DNA of 44,597 nucleotides from a virus: positions 1-44,597 of the IMG/VR virus record IMGVR_UViG_3300029996_000048; one strand, 5' to 3'. This document shows, piece by piece, positions 31,803 through 40,768 of this stretch (position 1 is its first letter; every line of letters begins with the position of its first letter). Both the position numbers and the translations under genes were made by a program. The notes beneath the pieces were generated by a model. That model was not told the DNA's origin. It did not search any database and saw only the letters and a program-made list of their open reading frames with translations.

Positions 31803-32288
31803 TTACCTCCAATCGGGTTGCGAATAGCTCCCGTAATTGTTGACCGGTCGAACCGATAGCCAATTTGTGTTGGAATACGTCCCGATGTTGACGATCGCGC
31901 GGTATCTCTTCCAGTTCGGATAGGCATACGTCCCGACATTGATAACCGCCTTCGCGCTGCTTCCGCCGCCGCCACCGCCGCCGCTGTACGTTGTGGCGGT
32001 ACCCTCGTCGGAGTAATCCGATACGATCCAGTCACCGCCCCAATAATAGAGGTTGCACACCCACTCGTATGTCGTCCCCGGCGATAGCCCCGTGATCGTG
32101 CCGACGAATGTGCTCTCCCCGCCGCCGACTGCCGTGGAATTGAACTCAAATGTTCCGACGCCGGTGATGCGCACGTCGATGAGCCGCTTAAAGGTGTAAT
32201 CATCCGAGCCGCCCGTAAACTTGGCGTACACGCTGAGCTGCGTCCCGTCTCCGTCGACCGGTGATAGCGTACAATAAAAGCTCGCCAT
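31803..32288 (-). CDS. FN3-like small fibre-associated protein
   Basis: GTITGLSPGTTYEW (FN3-like), a poly-Gly linker, and a repeated (V/I)N(V/I)GTY..(P/T)NW motif. Confidence 0.4.
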   Translation of the reverse strand: MASFYCTLSPVDGDGTQLSVYAKFTGGSDDYTFKRLIDVRITGVGTFEFNSTAVGGGESTFVGTITGLSPGTTYEWVCNLYYWGGDWIVSDYSDEGTATTYSGGGGGGGSSAKAVINVGTYAYPNWKRYRAIVNIGTYSNTNWLSVRPVNNYGSYSQPDWR

Positions 32289-32291
32289 GCC

Positions 32292-33197
32292 TTACTCCTC
32301 GATGAAAAACACCGTGCCATACGGCGCGTTGCTCGGCGGCGAAGCGCCGAACGTGTAGTTGCCGCTCAGCACCAGATAGCCGCCGCCGAGCGAGACGACA
32401 GGGTAGTCGCTGGCATCGTCTTTTCCGATCAATGCAAACGGCCCCAGCTTGGATTCAAGAAAGATATTTCCCGCTGCGTGCATCTTCATGCCGCCATAGG
32501 TCGCCGTCAGACCGACGCCGACCTGCCCCGTGCCCGTGTAGGCAAGATCCATGCTGCCGACAGGGGTATCTCCGGCCAGCAGGCTTACGCTCCCGCCGCG
32601 CAGCGCGCCCGCCGTCAGAGTGCCGTCGATGTTGACTGCCTTGACGTGCAGATCGACAGTCCCCGTGCTCGCCACCTGCACGCCGTTGTAGTTGAGTTTG
32701 AAGATCGTGCCGTTCTCGCCGCTCGTCGCGCCCAGCGTGAAGCCGGTCGCGCTCTGGTCGAAAATGCTCTGTGCCTGCGTCGCGTCGATCTTGGTGCTTA
32801 CCGTCGCGCGGATGCCGTTCACGTCGGCCTTGATGTTTGTGATCGCGCCGTCGAGGTTCGAAATGCTCGCCTGCAAGCCCTTTGCCGTTGTGTCAAGCTG
32901 CGTGATGTCCCCCTCAGCATCGCTAAGTCGAGCATCTAATCCTTTCGCTGTAATGGAAATTTCATTTACGTTCTTGTCCGTATCTTCGATCTTGGCGTAG
33001 ATCGGCTCGGAAATATTCTTGATAAACTCGCTCAGTGCATTCTGATTGATGTTGCTCCCGTCCAGATTGAAAAGCGTATACCGAAGCTGTTCCAGAAGCA
33101 CGAAAAGGTAGTCGTAGACCCCGTTGATCTGCTCCTGCGTGTCTTTGCCTTCGCCGTTCGGGAAGGTCGTCTCCACCAGCTGAAATGTCGTCGGCAC
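32292..33197 (-). CDS. tail fibre/spike-like protein
   Basis: GTG start. Repeated coiled segments (ITAKGLDARLSDAEGDITQLDTTAKGLQASISNLDGAITNIKADVNGIRATV), then a beta-rich C-terminus. Confidence 0.5.
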   Translation of the reverse strand: MPTTFQLVETTFPNGEGKDTQEQINGVYDYLFVLLEQLRYTLFNLDGSNINQNALSEFIKNISEPIYAKIEDTDKNVNEISITAKGLDARLSDAEGDITQLDTTAKGLQASISNLDGAITNIKADVNGIRATVSTKIDATQAQSIFDQSATGFTLGATSGENGTIFKLNYNGVQVASTGTVDLHVKAVNIDGTLTAGALRGGSVSLLAGDTPVGSMDLAYTGTGQVGVGLTATYGGMKMHAAGNIFLESKLGPFALIGKDDASDYPVVSLGGGYLVLSGNYTFGASPPSNAPYGTVFFIEE

Positions 33198-33203
33198 TTG
33201 TCA

Positions 33204-33569
33204 TCACACCTTCCAGTTGCCCCGGCTTTCTTTCCGGTTGGTCCTGCGCCACCATGCCATAGCATCGGCCACCGCCTCGTTGGCAATGGCGTGGTCGTTG
33301 GCATAGAGCGCGCTGTCCTGATTGTAAGCGTCGAGCTGCGCTGCCAAATACAGGTGGTAACACTCGTTGTGGCCGTCCGGCAGCAGCAATTCCATGTCTT
33401 CGACACTCGCGGTGTCATCCTCCACGCTCACCTTGAGGGTGGGGGCTTCCACCCCCATCATTTCGGCAATTCGGTGCTCAAGCCCCATGAGGATTTCCGC
33501 CTTGCGCGGCGTGCTCAATTTGTTAGGCCGCAGCGCATCCGCGTCACGGATAGCTTTCAGCATTTTCAT
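33204..33569 (-). CDS. putative head-tail adaptor/connector-like protein
   Basis: 121 aa; LYLAAQLDAYNQDSALYANDHAIANEA... resembles gp6-like connector motifs. Weak call. Confidence 0.3.
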   Translation of the reverse strand: MKMLKAIRDADALRPNKLSTPRKAEILMGLEHRIAEMMGVEAPTLKVSVEDDTASVEDMELLLPDGHNECYHLYLAAQLDAYNQDSALYANDHAIANEAVADAMAWWRRTNRKESRGNWKV

Positions 33570-33572
33570 ACA

Positions 33573-34373
33573 TTAGACCTCCGTGAAATACTGCCCCGCC
33601 AGCTCATGCGGCAAATACTGCAAGACGATCTTGCCGCCCGCGGCCTCGCCGATACGCTCGCACTTGTACGTCTTGCCGTCCTCGCCGTCGAGGTAATACT
33701 TGCCGTACTCGTATTCCATGCCGCGCGCTGCGGGGATGGGGTCTGCCTGCGTGCCTGCGTGGTCGACGTTGATGATCGTCCAGAGATTGGGCGTCTTGTC
33801 CGGCGTATAGTCGGCTTGCGAGGTATGACCCAGACGGCACTTGTACACCTTGCCGCCGTAGCTCCTGCGGTCGCCCTTAGCGCAAGCCACGGGGTACGCC
33901 CATGCCGTGATGAGTTCCGGCACGCTCGCCGCCTCGCCGTCGCTCAGGCTGACCGCTGCCTGCTCGATAATGGGGCGCAGTTTCACCGCGCGGGCATACG
34001 TGACCGGCCCACCCGCAAGGGCGGTAACGGTCGCTTTGGCGCTTTCCGTTTCCGTGGGCTTGCCCATCTTAATGGATACCGTGCCGTCGCGGTGGTCGGT
34101 GATGTCGCCCGCAAGACTGTACTCGCTGTTGTCGTACTCATTGACGACTTCCTTGGTCTCGCCCGTGGGCTTCCCCTGCTCGTCCAGCACGTCCACCATA
34201 TCGCGCTGCACGATGCTCCACGGCGTATTGTCGGGCAGCAGTGCCGCCACGGCGTCGTGGGACATGGTGAGGTAGATGGTTTTGGTGTCACGTCCGTCCC
34301 ACGAGCGGTCAGTACGGTTGCCGTTGACCGTAGCGGGGTATTCCGTGTTGTTGACTTTGATGTGGATACTCAT
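33573..34373 (-). CDS. fibre-associated protein with CBM5/12-like C-terminal motif
   Basis: KGDRRSYGGKVYKCRLGHTSQADYTPDKTPNLW matches the YxGxxYxCxxxHTSxxxWxP-type carbohydrate-binding motif. Confidence 0.5.
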   Translation of the reverse strand: MSIHIKVNNTEYPATVNGNRTDRSWDGRDTKTIYLTMSHDAVAALLPDNTPWSIVQRDMVDVLDEQGKPTGETKEVVNEYDNSEYSLAGDITDHRDGTVSIKMGKPTETESAKATVTALAGGPVTYARAVKLRPIIEQAAVSLSDGEAASVPELITAWAYPVACAKGDRRSYGGKVYKCRLGHTSQADYTPDKTPNLWTIINVDHAGTQADPIPAARGMEYEYGKYYLDGEDGKTYKCERIGEAAGGKIVLQYLPHELAGQYFTEV

Positions 34374-34385
34374 GTGTGCTCCTTT

Positions 34386-35495
34386 CTATTGCGGCGTGGC
34401 GTTCTCTTGCAGCCACGCCAGAAGATCGCCCGAGGGGGCTTCGTCGAAAGTAATGGTGCGGTATGCTGTGTCGCGCCACCCGCGACGCTGGTCCCATGCA
34501 GTGGGGGCAAAACCGCTTCCCAAATATGACATGTTGGGATTGTCCCCCCTGTTTATTATTTGGATTCCTGTAATTGTTTTGGAGCCTCCTTCGTAGTGTG
34601 CGCGTGTGCTAAACGTGGTTGACGTAGTAGAAACAGGGATTGAAAGTGTCTGATTGAAGTACCACGTCAAGCTCACATCCGGCTCAAAGTTGATATCATA
34701 CCCTGTCCCGCCGATGAGCGTCCTGCCCTTGAGGATATTGTACACCGTGCCGTTGACGAGGCACTTCCCACCCTTAATTTCATAGGCTGTGCCATTGACG
34801 AGGGTCTTGTGTGTAGCGGGAGGGGGTGGCGTGACATTGCCGGAGCTGTCGACTTCCATGTCGGGCGGAAGAATGAGCGCGGGGCGGATGCCAGTTGAGT
34901 TGGATGCTTTGCTGGTCTCGCCGACGCCGTCGTAGTTGACGAGCCACACCAAGCTGGTGCTGTAGGTGAACGGTGAACGGAGCCCCCAGTAGTCGGCCGA
35001 GCCGTTCAGTTTCGCAATACGCTTGTTGTTGGCGGACGTGTCGGTTCCAGATTCAAAGTAGGACAGCTTCGCACCATCTTGCGGGAAGTAGGGGTTATCG
35101 CTGGTCGTGAAGCCAATCTCGTAGCCGGACAGCAGGAAAATCTTGCAGAGCAAGCCGTTAGCACCACTCTGATCCGAGCCACTGGAACCGCCGTTCTTGC
35201 GATACGGAATCTTCACCTGCTTGATTGCGTCCCTGATGTTGCTCTCAAACGCGTTCAAGAGCGTGCTGTTCAGTATGCTGTGGATGGTGCTGTTCTCCAG
35301 ATTGTTCACATCCGAGCTGTGCCATCGTGTGGCCTCGAAGATGTCCTTCATCAGCAACCAAGTGCCGTCGCAGGATTCGTCGTACAGAGAACTCGGTTTG
35401 CCCTGATGGACGACGATAAACTCTTTCGCTGCACCGTTGACGTTCAGTTTGACGATACTGCCGACGGCTTTGGTGCCGAGTTTTGCACTTGCCAT
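34386..35495 (-). CDS. receptor-binding-like protein (DUF6273-like N-terminal domain)
   Basis: YWGLRSP...GIRPALILP is the DUF6273-type signature as I remember it. Sits in the fibre cluster. Confidence 0.5.
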   Translation of the reverse strand: MASAKLGTKAVGSIVKLNVNGAAKEFIVVHQGKPSSLYDESCDGTWLLMKDIFEATRWHSSDVNNLENSTIHSILNSTLLNAFESNIRDAIKQVKIPYRKNGGSSGSDQSGANGLLCKIFLLSGYEIGFTTSDNPYFPQDGAKLSYFESGTDTSANNKRIAKLNGSADYWGLRSPFTYSTSLVWLVNYDGVGETSKASNSTGIRPALILPPDMEVDSSGNVTPPPPATHKTLVNGTAYEIKGGKCLVNGTVYNILKGRTLIGGTGYDINFEPDVSLTWYFNQTLSIPVSTTSTTFSTRAHYEGGSKTITGIQIINRGDNPNMSYLGSGFAPTAWDQRRGWRDTAYRTITFDEAPSGDLLAWLQENATPQ

Positions 35496-35507
35496 CTCAG
35501 CGCCTCC

Positions 35508-37460
35508 TTATTGAAAGTACCAGTTGATAGCGTAGTTCTCGGTGGGCGTGGTCTCCGATGCAACCAGCGTCTGCTTGGTGATGTTGCCGCTTGCGATATA
35601 GTCGCTGCCGCGCGTTGCCGCCACCAGCCCGCCCGAGCCGTTGCCCTTGATGAGAGAGGTGGTGGAGGGCACGTTCACGGGGCCTGCGGGGCCCTGCGGG
35701 CCGGTCGCACCGGTATCGCCTTTCTCGCCCCGCTCGCCCTGGTCTCCCTTGGGGCCTTTGATGTTGACCGTCGCGGGATTCGCAAGCCCGCCGTCGTTCG
35801 TCCAACTCAGGTCTCCCGCCGCGGACACAGCAGGGGTAAAGGTCGCACCTTTCGCGCCGTCCGCACCGGCAGGGCCCTGCGGGCCCGTCAGGCCTTGCGG
35901 GCCGGTTTCACCTTGCGGACCAGTCTTGCCCTGCGGGCCCTGTTCACCCTGCGGACCCCTTGGCCCCTCTGGTCCGGTATCTCCCTTCGCGCCGTCAGTG
36001 CCGGCAGGCCCCCGTGCGCCCGTGTCGCCCTTCGGGCCCTTGAGGTTCACGGTCTGCGGATTCGCCTTGCCGCCGTCGTTCGTCCACGACAGGTCGCCGT
36101 CGTCGCTCATGCTCGGCGTGAACGTCACGCCGTCACGTCCGTTTGTCCCGTCCTTACCCGGCGCACCGTCTGCGCCGTCTTTCCCAGGCAGGCCGTCCGC
36201 GCCCTTTGCGCCGTCCTTGCCGGGGGCTCCATCCGCCCCGGCAGGGCCTTGAGGACCAGTCTCGCCGGGATCGCCTTTCGGGCCCTGCGGACCCTCGGGC
36301 CCCGTGTCACCTTTCGCGCCCTGCAAGGGGCCGTTGTTGATGAACTCGCCGGTAATACCGTCGAAAATGTAGATGTCGTAGGGCTCCGCCGTGCCCACGC
36401 CGTAGGCATCGCCCGCCGCTGCGGTCGCTTTCTGCGCGGCGTCCAGCGCAGCCTTCGTGCCGTAATAGCCCAGCACCTTGAAGCCTTTGCCGGTGTCCCC
36501 TTTGGGGCCTGCTGGCCCCGTCTCTCCTTGCGGGCCGGTCTGCCCCTGCTGGCCTTGTTCGCCCTTCGGGCCGCGCGGACCTTCGGGGCCGGTCGGTCCG
36601 GTCGCGCCGATGTCACCTTTCTCTCCTTGGGGGCCGGTATCGCCCTTGTCGCCTTTCAGCGCGGCAAGCTGTGCCGCCGTGAAGTCGGAATAGGTAAAGG
36701 CATCGCCCTTGTCGCCCTTTGTGCCCTGCGGGCCAGCGGGGCCAATCTCGCCTTGAATGCCCTGCTCTCCCTGCGGGCCGCGCGCGCCGGTTTCACCTTT
36801 GGGGCCCTGCGGACCGGTCGCGCCGGTTGCGCCGGTCTCGCCTTTTGGACCCTGTGCGCCGGTTGCGCCCGTGTCGCCCTTGGGGCCGGTCGAGCCTGTG
36901 TCGCCCTTTGGTCCCTGTGCGCCGGTGTCGCCCTTGGGGCCGACCTCGCCCTGCGGCCCGGTCGCGGCAACGCCCGTGTCGGCAAAAGCGCCCGCCGCGG
37001 CGTCCCACTTGAACCAGTTGCCCGTGGTCTCGTCGACGTATGGCATCTTGGAAACCGCCGTCTCCGCATCCGCCGCCGCCCGCAAAACTTCATCGACCCA
37101 GCTTTGATAGGCCGGAGGCGGTGCCTCTCCGCTGTTTTCCAGCGTTTCGCGCACGCGTGTTTTATATATCTGGCTCTTCACAATGGTATCGCCAACGGTA
37201 TAGCGCAGCTCTGCCGCGCCCTCACCGGCCACCGCCGTATCAACACTCGATACCAGCCACACGAGCGCGCCGTCTTCTTCTGTCACCGTCACGGGATACG
37301 GCTGCGCATCGCCGTTTCGCTGCACAATCAGGCTCGCCACGCCCTCGCCATAGCCCTCGCGCCACTTTCCCAGCACGTCAAAGACGACCTTGCGCGCCTG
37401 ATTCTCGCCCCTGCGCCCGAGCTTGATCTCTTCGAGCGCGTAAGCATTTTCAATAACCAT
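35508..37460 (-). CDS. collagen-like (GXY) tail/head fibre protein with BppU-like N-terminal domain
   Basis: Several long G-X-Y tracts ([22 protein letters not shown]...). The N-terminus [12 protein letters not shown]...PYPVTV resembles BppU_N. An internal duplicated non-collagen module is present. Confidence 0.8.
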   Translation of the reverse strand: MVIENAYALEEIKLGRRGENQARKVVFDVLGKWREGYGEGVASLIVQRNGDAQPYPVTVTEEDGALVWLVSSVDTAVAGEGAAELRYTVGDTIVKSQIYKTRVRETLENSGEAPPPAYQSWVDEVLRAAADAETAVSKMPYVDETTGNWFKWDAAAGAFADTGVAATGPQGEVGPKGDTGAQGPKGDTGSTGPKGDTGATGAQGPKGETGATGATGPQGPKGETGARGPQGEQGIQGEIGPAGPQGTKGDKGDAFTYSDFTAAQLAALKGDKGDTGPQGEKGDIGATGPTGPEGPRGPKGEQGQQGQTGPQGETGPAGPKGDTGKGFKVLGYYGTKAALDAAQKATAAAGDAYGVGTAEPYDIYIFDGITGEFINNGPLQGAKGDTGPEGPQGPKGDPGETGPQGPAGADGAPGKDGAKGADGLPGKDGADGAPGKDGTNGRDGVTFTPSMSDDGDLSWTNDGGKANPQTVNLKGPKGDTGARGPAGTDGAKGDTGPEGPRGPQGEQGPQGKTGPQGETGPQGLTGPQGPAGADGAKGATFTPAVSAAGDLSWTNDGGLANPATVNIKGPKGDQGERGEKGDTGATGPQGPAGPVNVPSTTSLIKGNGSGGLVAATRGSDYIASGNITKQTLVASETTPTENYAINWYFQ

Positions 37461-37482
37461 GTTGTCACCTCTCTTATGGAAA

Positions 37483-37525
37483 ACGGCGCAGCAAGAGCGA
37501 CTTTTTCGTCCCTTGCTGCGCCGTG
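37483..37525 (-). terminator. 13-bp-stem hairpin (partial terminator/attenuator) after the capsid module
   Basis: ACGGCGCAGCAAG-17 nt-CTTGCTGCGCCGT followed by TTTCC on the minus RNA. Confidence 0.55.
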
Positions 37526-37562
37526 TCGCAACTCATTTTTCGTGTCTCGCGGTCGTATTCAC

Positions 37563-37844
37563 TTACGCGTTGTGGGCCTTCGCGCTCTCAACGTAGTCGC
37601 TGCTCATCGTCTGGATGAGATTTGCGGTCGAGGCATCCTGTCTCATCTGGTTCTGGATGGCCCACAGGAACTTTCTCTTGACCTGTACGGTCACGCCGCG
37701 CTGAATCAGGCAGCTTTCGCCGTTCACGCACACCAGCAGGTCATCCTTGTACTTGCCGCTGTCCTTGAACAGGCGGACGCTGACGTACTCCTCGCCCGCG
37801 GGGGCGGCGTTCACAGCCGCAACGGCGTTCTTTGCTTCGCTCAT
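37563..37844 (-). CDS. small head-module protein (possible decoration/accessory)
   Basis: GGAGGAAAGACC lies before the ATG at 37844 (MSEAKNAVAAVNAAPAGEEYVSVRLFKDSGKYKDD...). Directly downstream of the capsid gene. Confidence 0.5.
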   Translation of the reverse strand: MSEAKNAVAAVNAAPAGEEYVSVRLFKDSGKYKDDLLVCVNGESCLIQRGVTVQVKRKFLWAIQNQMRQDASTANLIQTMSSDYVESAKAHNA

Positions 37845-37889
37845 CGGTCTTTCCTCCGTTTCAGTGGCGGGGGCGGCGTTCACAGCCGC
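37798..37889. repeat. perfect 23-bp direct repeat gcgggggcggcgttcacagccgc (2 copies)
   Basis: Copies at 37798-37820 (inside the gene) and 37867-37889 (capsid-proximal intergenic). Each contains a GGCGGC...GCCGC(C) hairpin. Confidence 0.85.
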
Positions 37890-37900
37890 CCCCTTGGTGG

Positions 37901-39160
37901 TTAGGTCAGCGGGGTCTCGTCAAACGTAGAAGTGGTCTCCACGCGAATCATATACGCCTCAACCAGACGTTCGGCGACCTTGGTCGCCTTCCAGCCGACG
38001 GTTGCACGCTGGTTCAGCGGGTCAGCCGTACCGGCAGAGCCGAGCGGCTTGACGATGTGCTCAAGGCCACCACCGGTCAGCTCGGTCGTACCGTAAGCCT
38101 CCGCGCCCATGATGAGGGTGGAGTAGACGTTGCGGCCCTTCGCACCGGCTTCGCCCGGATAGATGGTGGTCGACGCCGTCGGGGTGGCAGCAGGCGCTTC
38201 TTTCAACGTGATCGTCGCGCTGCCAGCACCCGCGGCCGTGGCACTCTCGATCTCAAGAAGTGCACCACCGATGACGACCTCACGGCCAGCCAACTTTGCG
38301 GCGTCAGCAGTAGTGATGGCCTCGTTTACGGTCAAGACCTTGCTGGATGCGCTCTTGACGGTCAGGTCGCGTGCGCCCTCAGTCAGGTCATCCGCGTGGA
38401 ACACCTTCGCTTCGGTCGTCTCGATAAAGCGGACGCCCGCGATCTTGCCGATCTCGTCGTCGTAGATGTTGCTGGTGTCCTTGTACTCGTGCGGGCGCTT
38501 CCAATCAGGGTCATCCTGAATGTCGTAGGAACAGTCAGGGTGAATGATGGCCCAGTAAGAACCCTCATAGCGCGGGGCGTTCATGGTTTTCAGGAAGCGA
38601 ACCGCCTTGCGGACGGCGCGCACCGTGAAATAGTGGTTGCCCGCGGCCTCGCCGCCAACGAGCAGATGACGGCCCGTCACCTGACCTTCGCCGTACTGGA
38701 CGTTGGAGCCGCCGTTGATGACCTCGCGGGTGATGGTGTCGAGCGTGCGGCCCGCCTGAGAGCCGAGCAGCACCGTCGCTTCCTGCAGGTTGTTGTCGAT
38801 GGCGGTCAGGTCGAGGATATCGGAAATCTCGACGAAATCGCCGTACTGGTCGACCTGCGCGGTCAGCGTGGTCATGGACAGCTTACGTCCCTTGGGCGTC
38901 ACGCCTTCGGTGATGGGCGTCAAGGCCTTGGGCAGCGGATCATACTTACGGAACTCGATTTCCTTGCCCTTGCCCTTGGGGATGTTGCGCTTCTGCGCGA
39001 AGCGGTCATGCACCAGCTCGGGTTCGGCGTTGTCGATCAGGGTGTCGCAGTAGTAGGTCTTCATCTCGCCCGAGAGACCGGCATCGGTCGTCACGTTCGT
39101 CTGGCCCTCAAACAGGCTCAGAATAACGGGCAGAATGAAAATGTCTTTGAACTTCTTCAT
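37901..39160 (-). CDS. major capsid protein (N4-gp56-type, HK97 fold)
   Basis: KRNIPKGKGKEIEFRKYDPLPKALTPITEGVTPKG...AQVDQYGDFVEISDILDLTAIDNNLQE matches the family signature as I remember it. Follows the scaffold gene. Confidence 0.85.
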   Translation of the reverse strand: MKKFKDIFILPVILSLFEGQTNVTTDAGLSGEMKTYYCDTLIDNAEPELVHDRFAQKRNIPKGKGKEIEFRKYDPLPKALTPITEGVTPKGRKLSMTTLTAQVDQYGDFVEISDILDLTAIDNNLQEATVLLGSQAGRTLDTITREVINGGSNVQYGEGQVTGRHLLVGGEAAGNHYFTVRAVRKAVRFLKTMNAPRYEGSYWAIIHPDCSYDIQDDPDWKRPHEYKDTSNIYDDEIGKIAGVRFIETTEAKVFHADDLTEGARDLTVKSASSKVLTVNEAITTADAAKLAGREVVIGGALLEIESATAAGAGSATITLKEAPAATPTASTTIYPGEAGAKGRNVYSTLIMGAEAYGTTELTGGGLEHIVKPLGSAGTADPLNQRATVGWKATKVAERLVEAYMIRVETTSTFDETPLT

Positions 39161-39203
39161 AGAGTTTTGTCTCCCTTCTTACAGTCGGTAAATTAGGCGG
39201 GCA

Positions 39204-40241
39204 TCAGAATACGATGCGCTCGCCGCGCCGAACGCGCCTTGCGATCTCTGCGCGGTCGGCCTTCGTGAATTTGCTCGGGTCACTCTTGACAATGACCCCC
39301 GGCTGGGAAGTGGTTCCATTCTCGTTCGGGCGCATTCCTTTCGCGCGGACATTGTCCATCACGCGCTTTTCCATCTCCGCCGCAGCTTTCGCCGCGCTAC
39401 GAGCCTGAATGTCGCCTAAATGGGATACCTCGTAAGCGTCTTTTACAGGAACGCCAGCACGCAGCATCGCAATGAAACGCGGATTCTCCGCGACTTCGCG
39501 CTTGAGGTCGAAGTCAGGGTACTCGCCCGGTGCGTCCGCCGTGCCGACCAGCTCGCTCGCCTGACGGATCCAGTCGTTATAAGTCTCGTCGGCTTTCTGC
39601 TGGCGCTGCCTGTCTTCTTCCTGGCGTTTGAGCGCTTCGTTTTCCTGCTGCATCCGCGCATACTCGCGGTACTGTTCCACGCTCATGCCCATGCTCTCCG
39701 CTTCCGCATTGTAGAGCACGCTGTTGAGCGCCGCATCGCCCTCAAAAGCCGCACGCAGCTTACTCATATCGCCGTCCGACACGCCATAATGGCGCATCAG
39801 TGTGTCGATAATGGGCTGCGAATCTGCGATCTTCTGGTCTTTGGCCTTCTCTTCGCCGAATCTGCGGTTGATGATGCGCTGCGTCTCCGCGGTATAGACG
39901 TCCTTGTATTTGCCGTTTACGAGGTCAAGGAACTCCTTTTTCAGGTCTTCCCTGCCTTTTTCCGCAGCCCCGGCGTCGTGCTGCTGCATCTTCGCGCCCT
40001 CGCCCTTCGGCTCGCCAGAAGAGGTCCCCGTATCGTCAGGTGTCTCCTGCTTGCCGAACACGACGTTGGCGTATTCGCCCGTTTTGCCCTTCCGGGTGGG
40101 AGAAGAGCTTGCATTCGTGGTCTCGCCCTGTGCGCTCGCGCCTCCCTCAGCGCCGCCCGATGCACCGGCAGCGGCCCCCGCAGCGGCAGCGCCGCCATCA
40201 AAGAGACTCAGGATCACGCGAAGCGTAGTTTTGAGGTTCAT
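39204..40241 (-). CDS. scaffolding protein
   Basis: AGGAGGG RBS before the ATG at 40241. Ala/Gly-rich then highly charged helical sequence. Sits between the protease and capsid genes. Confidence 0.7.
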   Translation of the reverse strand: MNLKTTLRVILSLFDGGAAAAGAAAGASGGAEGGASAQGETTNASSSPTRKGKTGEYANVVFGKQETPDDTGTSSGEPKGEGAKMQQHDAGAAEKGREDLKKEFLDLVNGKYKDVYTAETQRIINRRFGEEKAKDQKIADSQPIIDTLMRHYGVSDGDMSKLRAAFEGDAALNSVLYNAEAESMGMSVEQYREYARMQQENEALKRQEEDRQRQQKADETYNDWIRQASELVGTADAPGEYPDFDLKREVAENPRFIAMLRAGVPVKDAYEVSHLGDIQARSAAKAAAEMEKRVMDNVRAKGMRPNENGTTSQPGVIVKSDPSKFTKADRAEIARRVRRGERIVF

Positions 40242-40452
40242 GGTATCCCTCCTGCTTGTCAAATCGCGGATATTCGGCCCTCCGTGTAGGCCGTGCAGCG
40301 CTTCCCATCATCCGCAGGGGAGGGGAGAGCGGCGAAAAGATGAAGAAAAACGCCGCCCCTCCCTCGCGGGCGTATGAATAGGAGGAAGCCACTCGCACGC
40401 CTAAAGCGTAACATGCGGCTTCCTCCGTCTCACCACGGGCGAGAAAAATTTT

Positions 40453-40764
40453 TTAATTCTCTTTGACGTGCACGCAGATCGCGTCCGGCCTCGGGTCTTC
40501 CAGCTGCTTGAGCCCGATGCACGCGGCGATGAATGCCGCCTCGATGCGCTCGTCGCCGCCGCAGTGGATGAGGAAGCGCGGCGCACCATCGTCTATCTCG
40601 AAGCCATAGACCTCGCACTCTCCCTCAGCTTCCATGTTCTTCACATAGCCGCCGAAGGCATACATCACACCCGTGATGTAATTGCAGCATTTCTCGTCCG
40701 CCGAATGTCCTTCGCACAGGATCATGTATCGACCAATTTCGTGCTCGATGTGAACCATCGTCAT
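40453..40764 (-). CDS. prp: Prp-like (DUF464) cysteine protease
   Basis: 103 aa from the ATG at 40764. ILCEGHSADEKCCNYITGVMYAFGGYV aligns by eye with the ...GHA......DIVCAG.SA..FG motif of Prp/YsxB, and ...RFLIHC..., IEAAFIAACIGLKQL continue the pattern. Confidence 0.6.
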   Translation of the reverse strand: MTMVHIEHEIGRYMILCEGHSADEKCCNYITGVMYAFGGYVKNMEAEGECEVYGFEIDDGAPRFLIHCGGDERIEAAFIAACIGLKQLEDPRPDAICVHVKEN

Positions 40765-40768
40765 GCAC

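Noticed and set aside
31803-37460. Diversity-generating retroelement acting on the fibre genes
   Set aside because: No reverse-transcriptase-like ORF exists anywhere in the window. The only internal repeat (the collagen knob duplication) does not show the adenine-specific mismatch pattern that I could recognise by eye.
35079-37904. 941-aa plus-strand ORF, the second longest in the window
   Set aside because: It is the antisense of the collagen-like GXY gene and its neighbours. The product is Arg/Ala/Leu-rich low complexity with no RBS or operon context. High GC and the GXY periodicity keep the opposite strand open by chance.
40198-40398. 66-aa minus-strand ORF in the protease-scaffold spacer
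   Set aside because: It overlaps the scaffold start region, has no RBS, and its sequence is low-complexity. The spacer is better explained as structured RNA.
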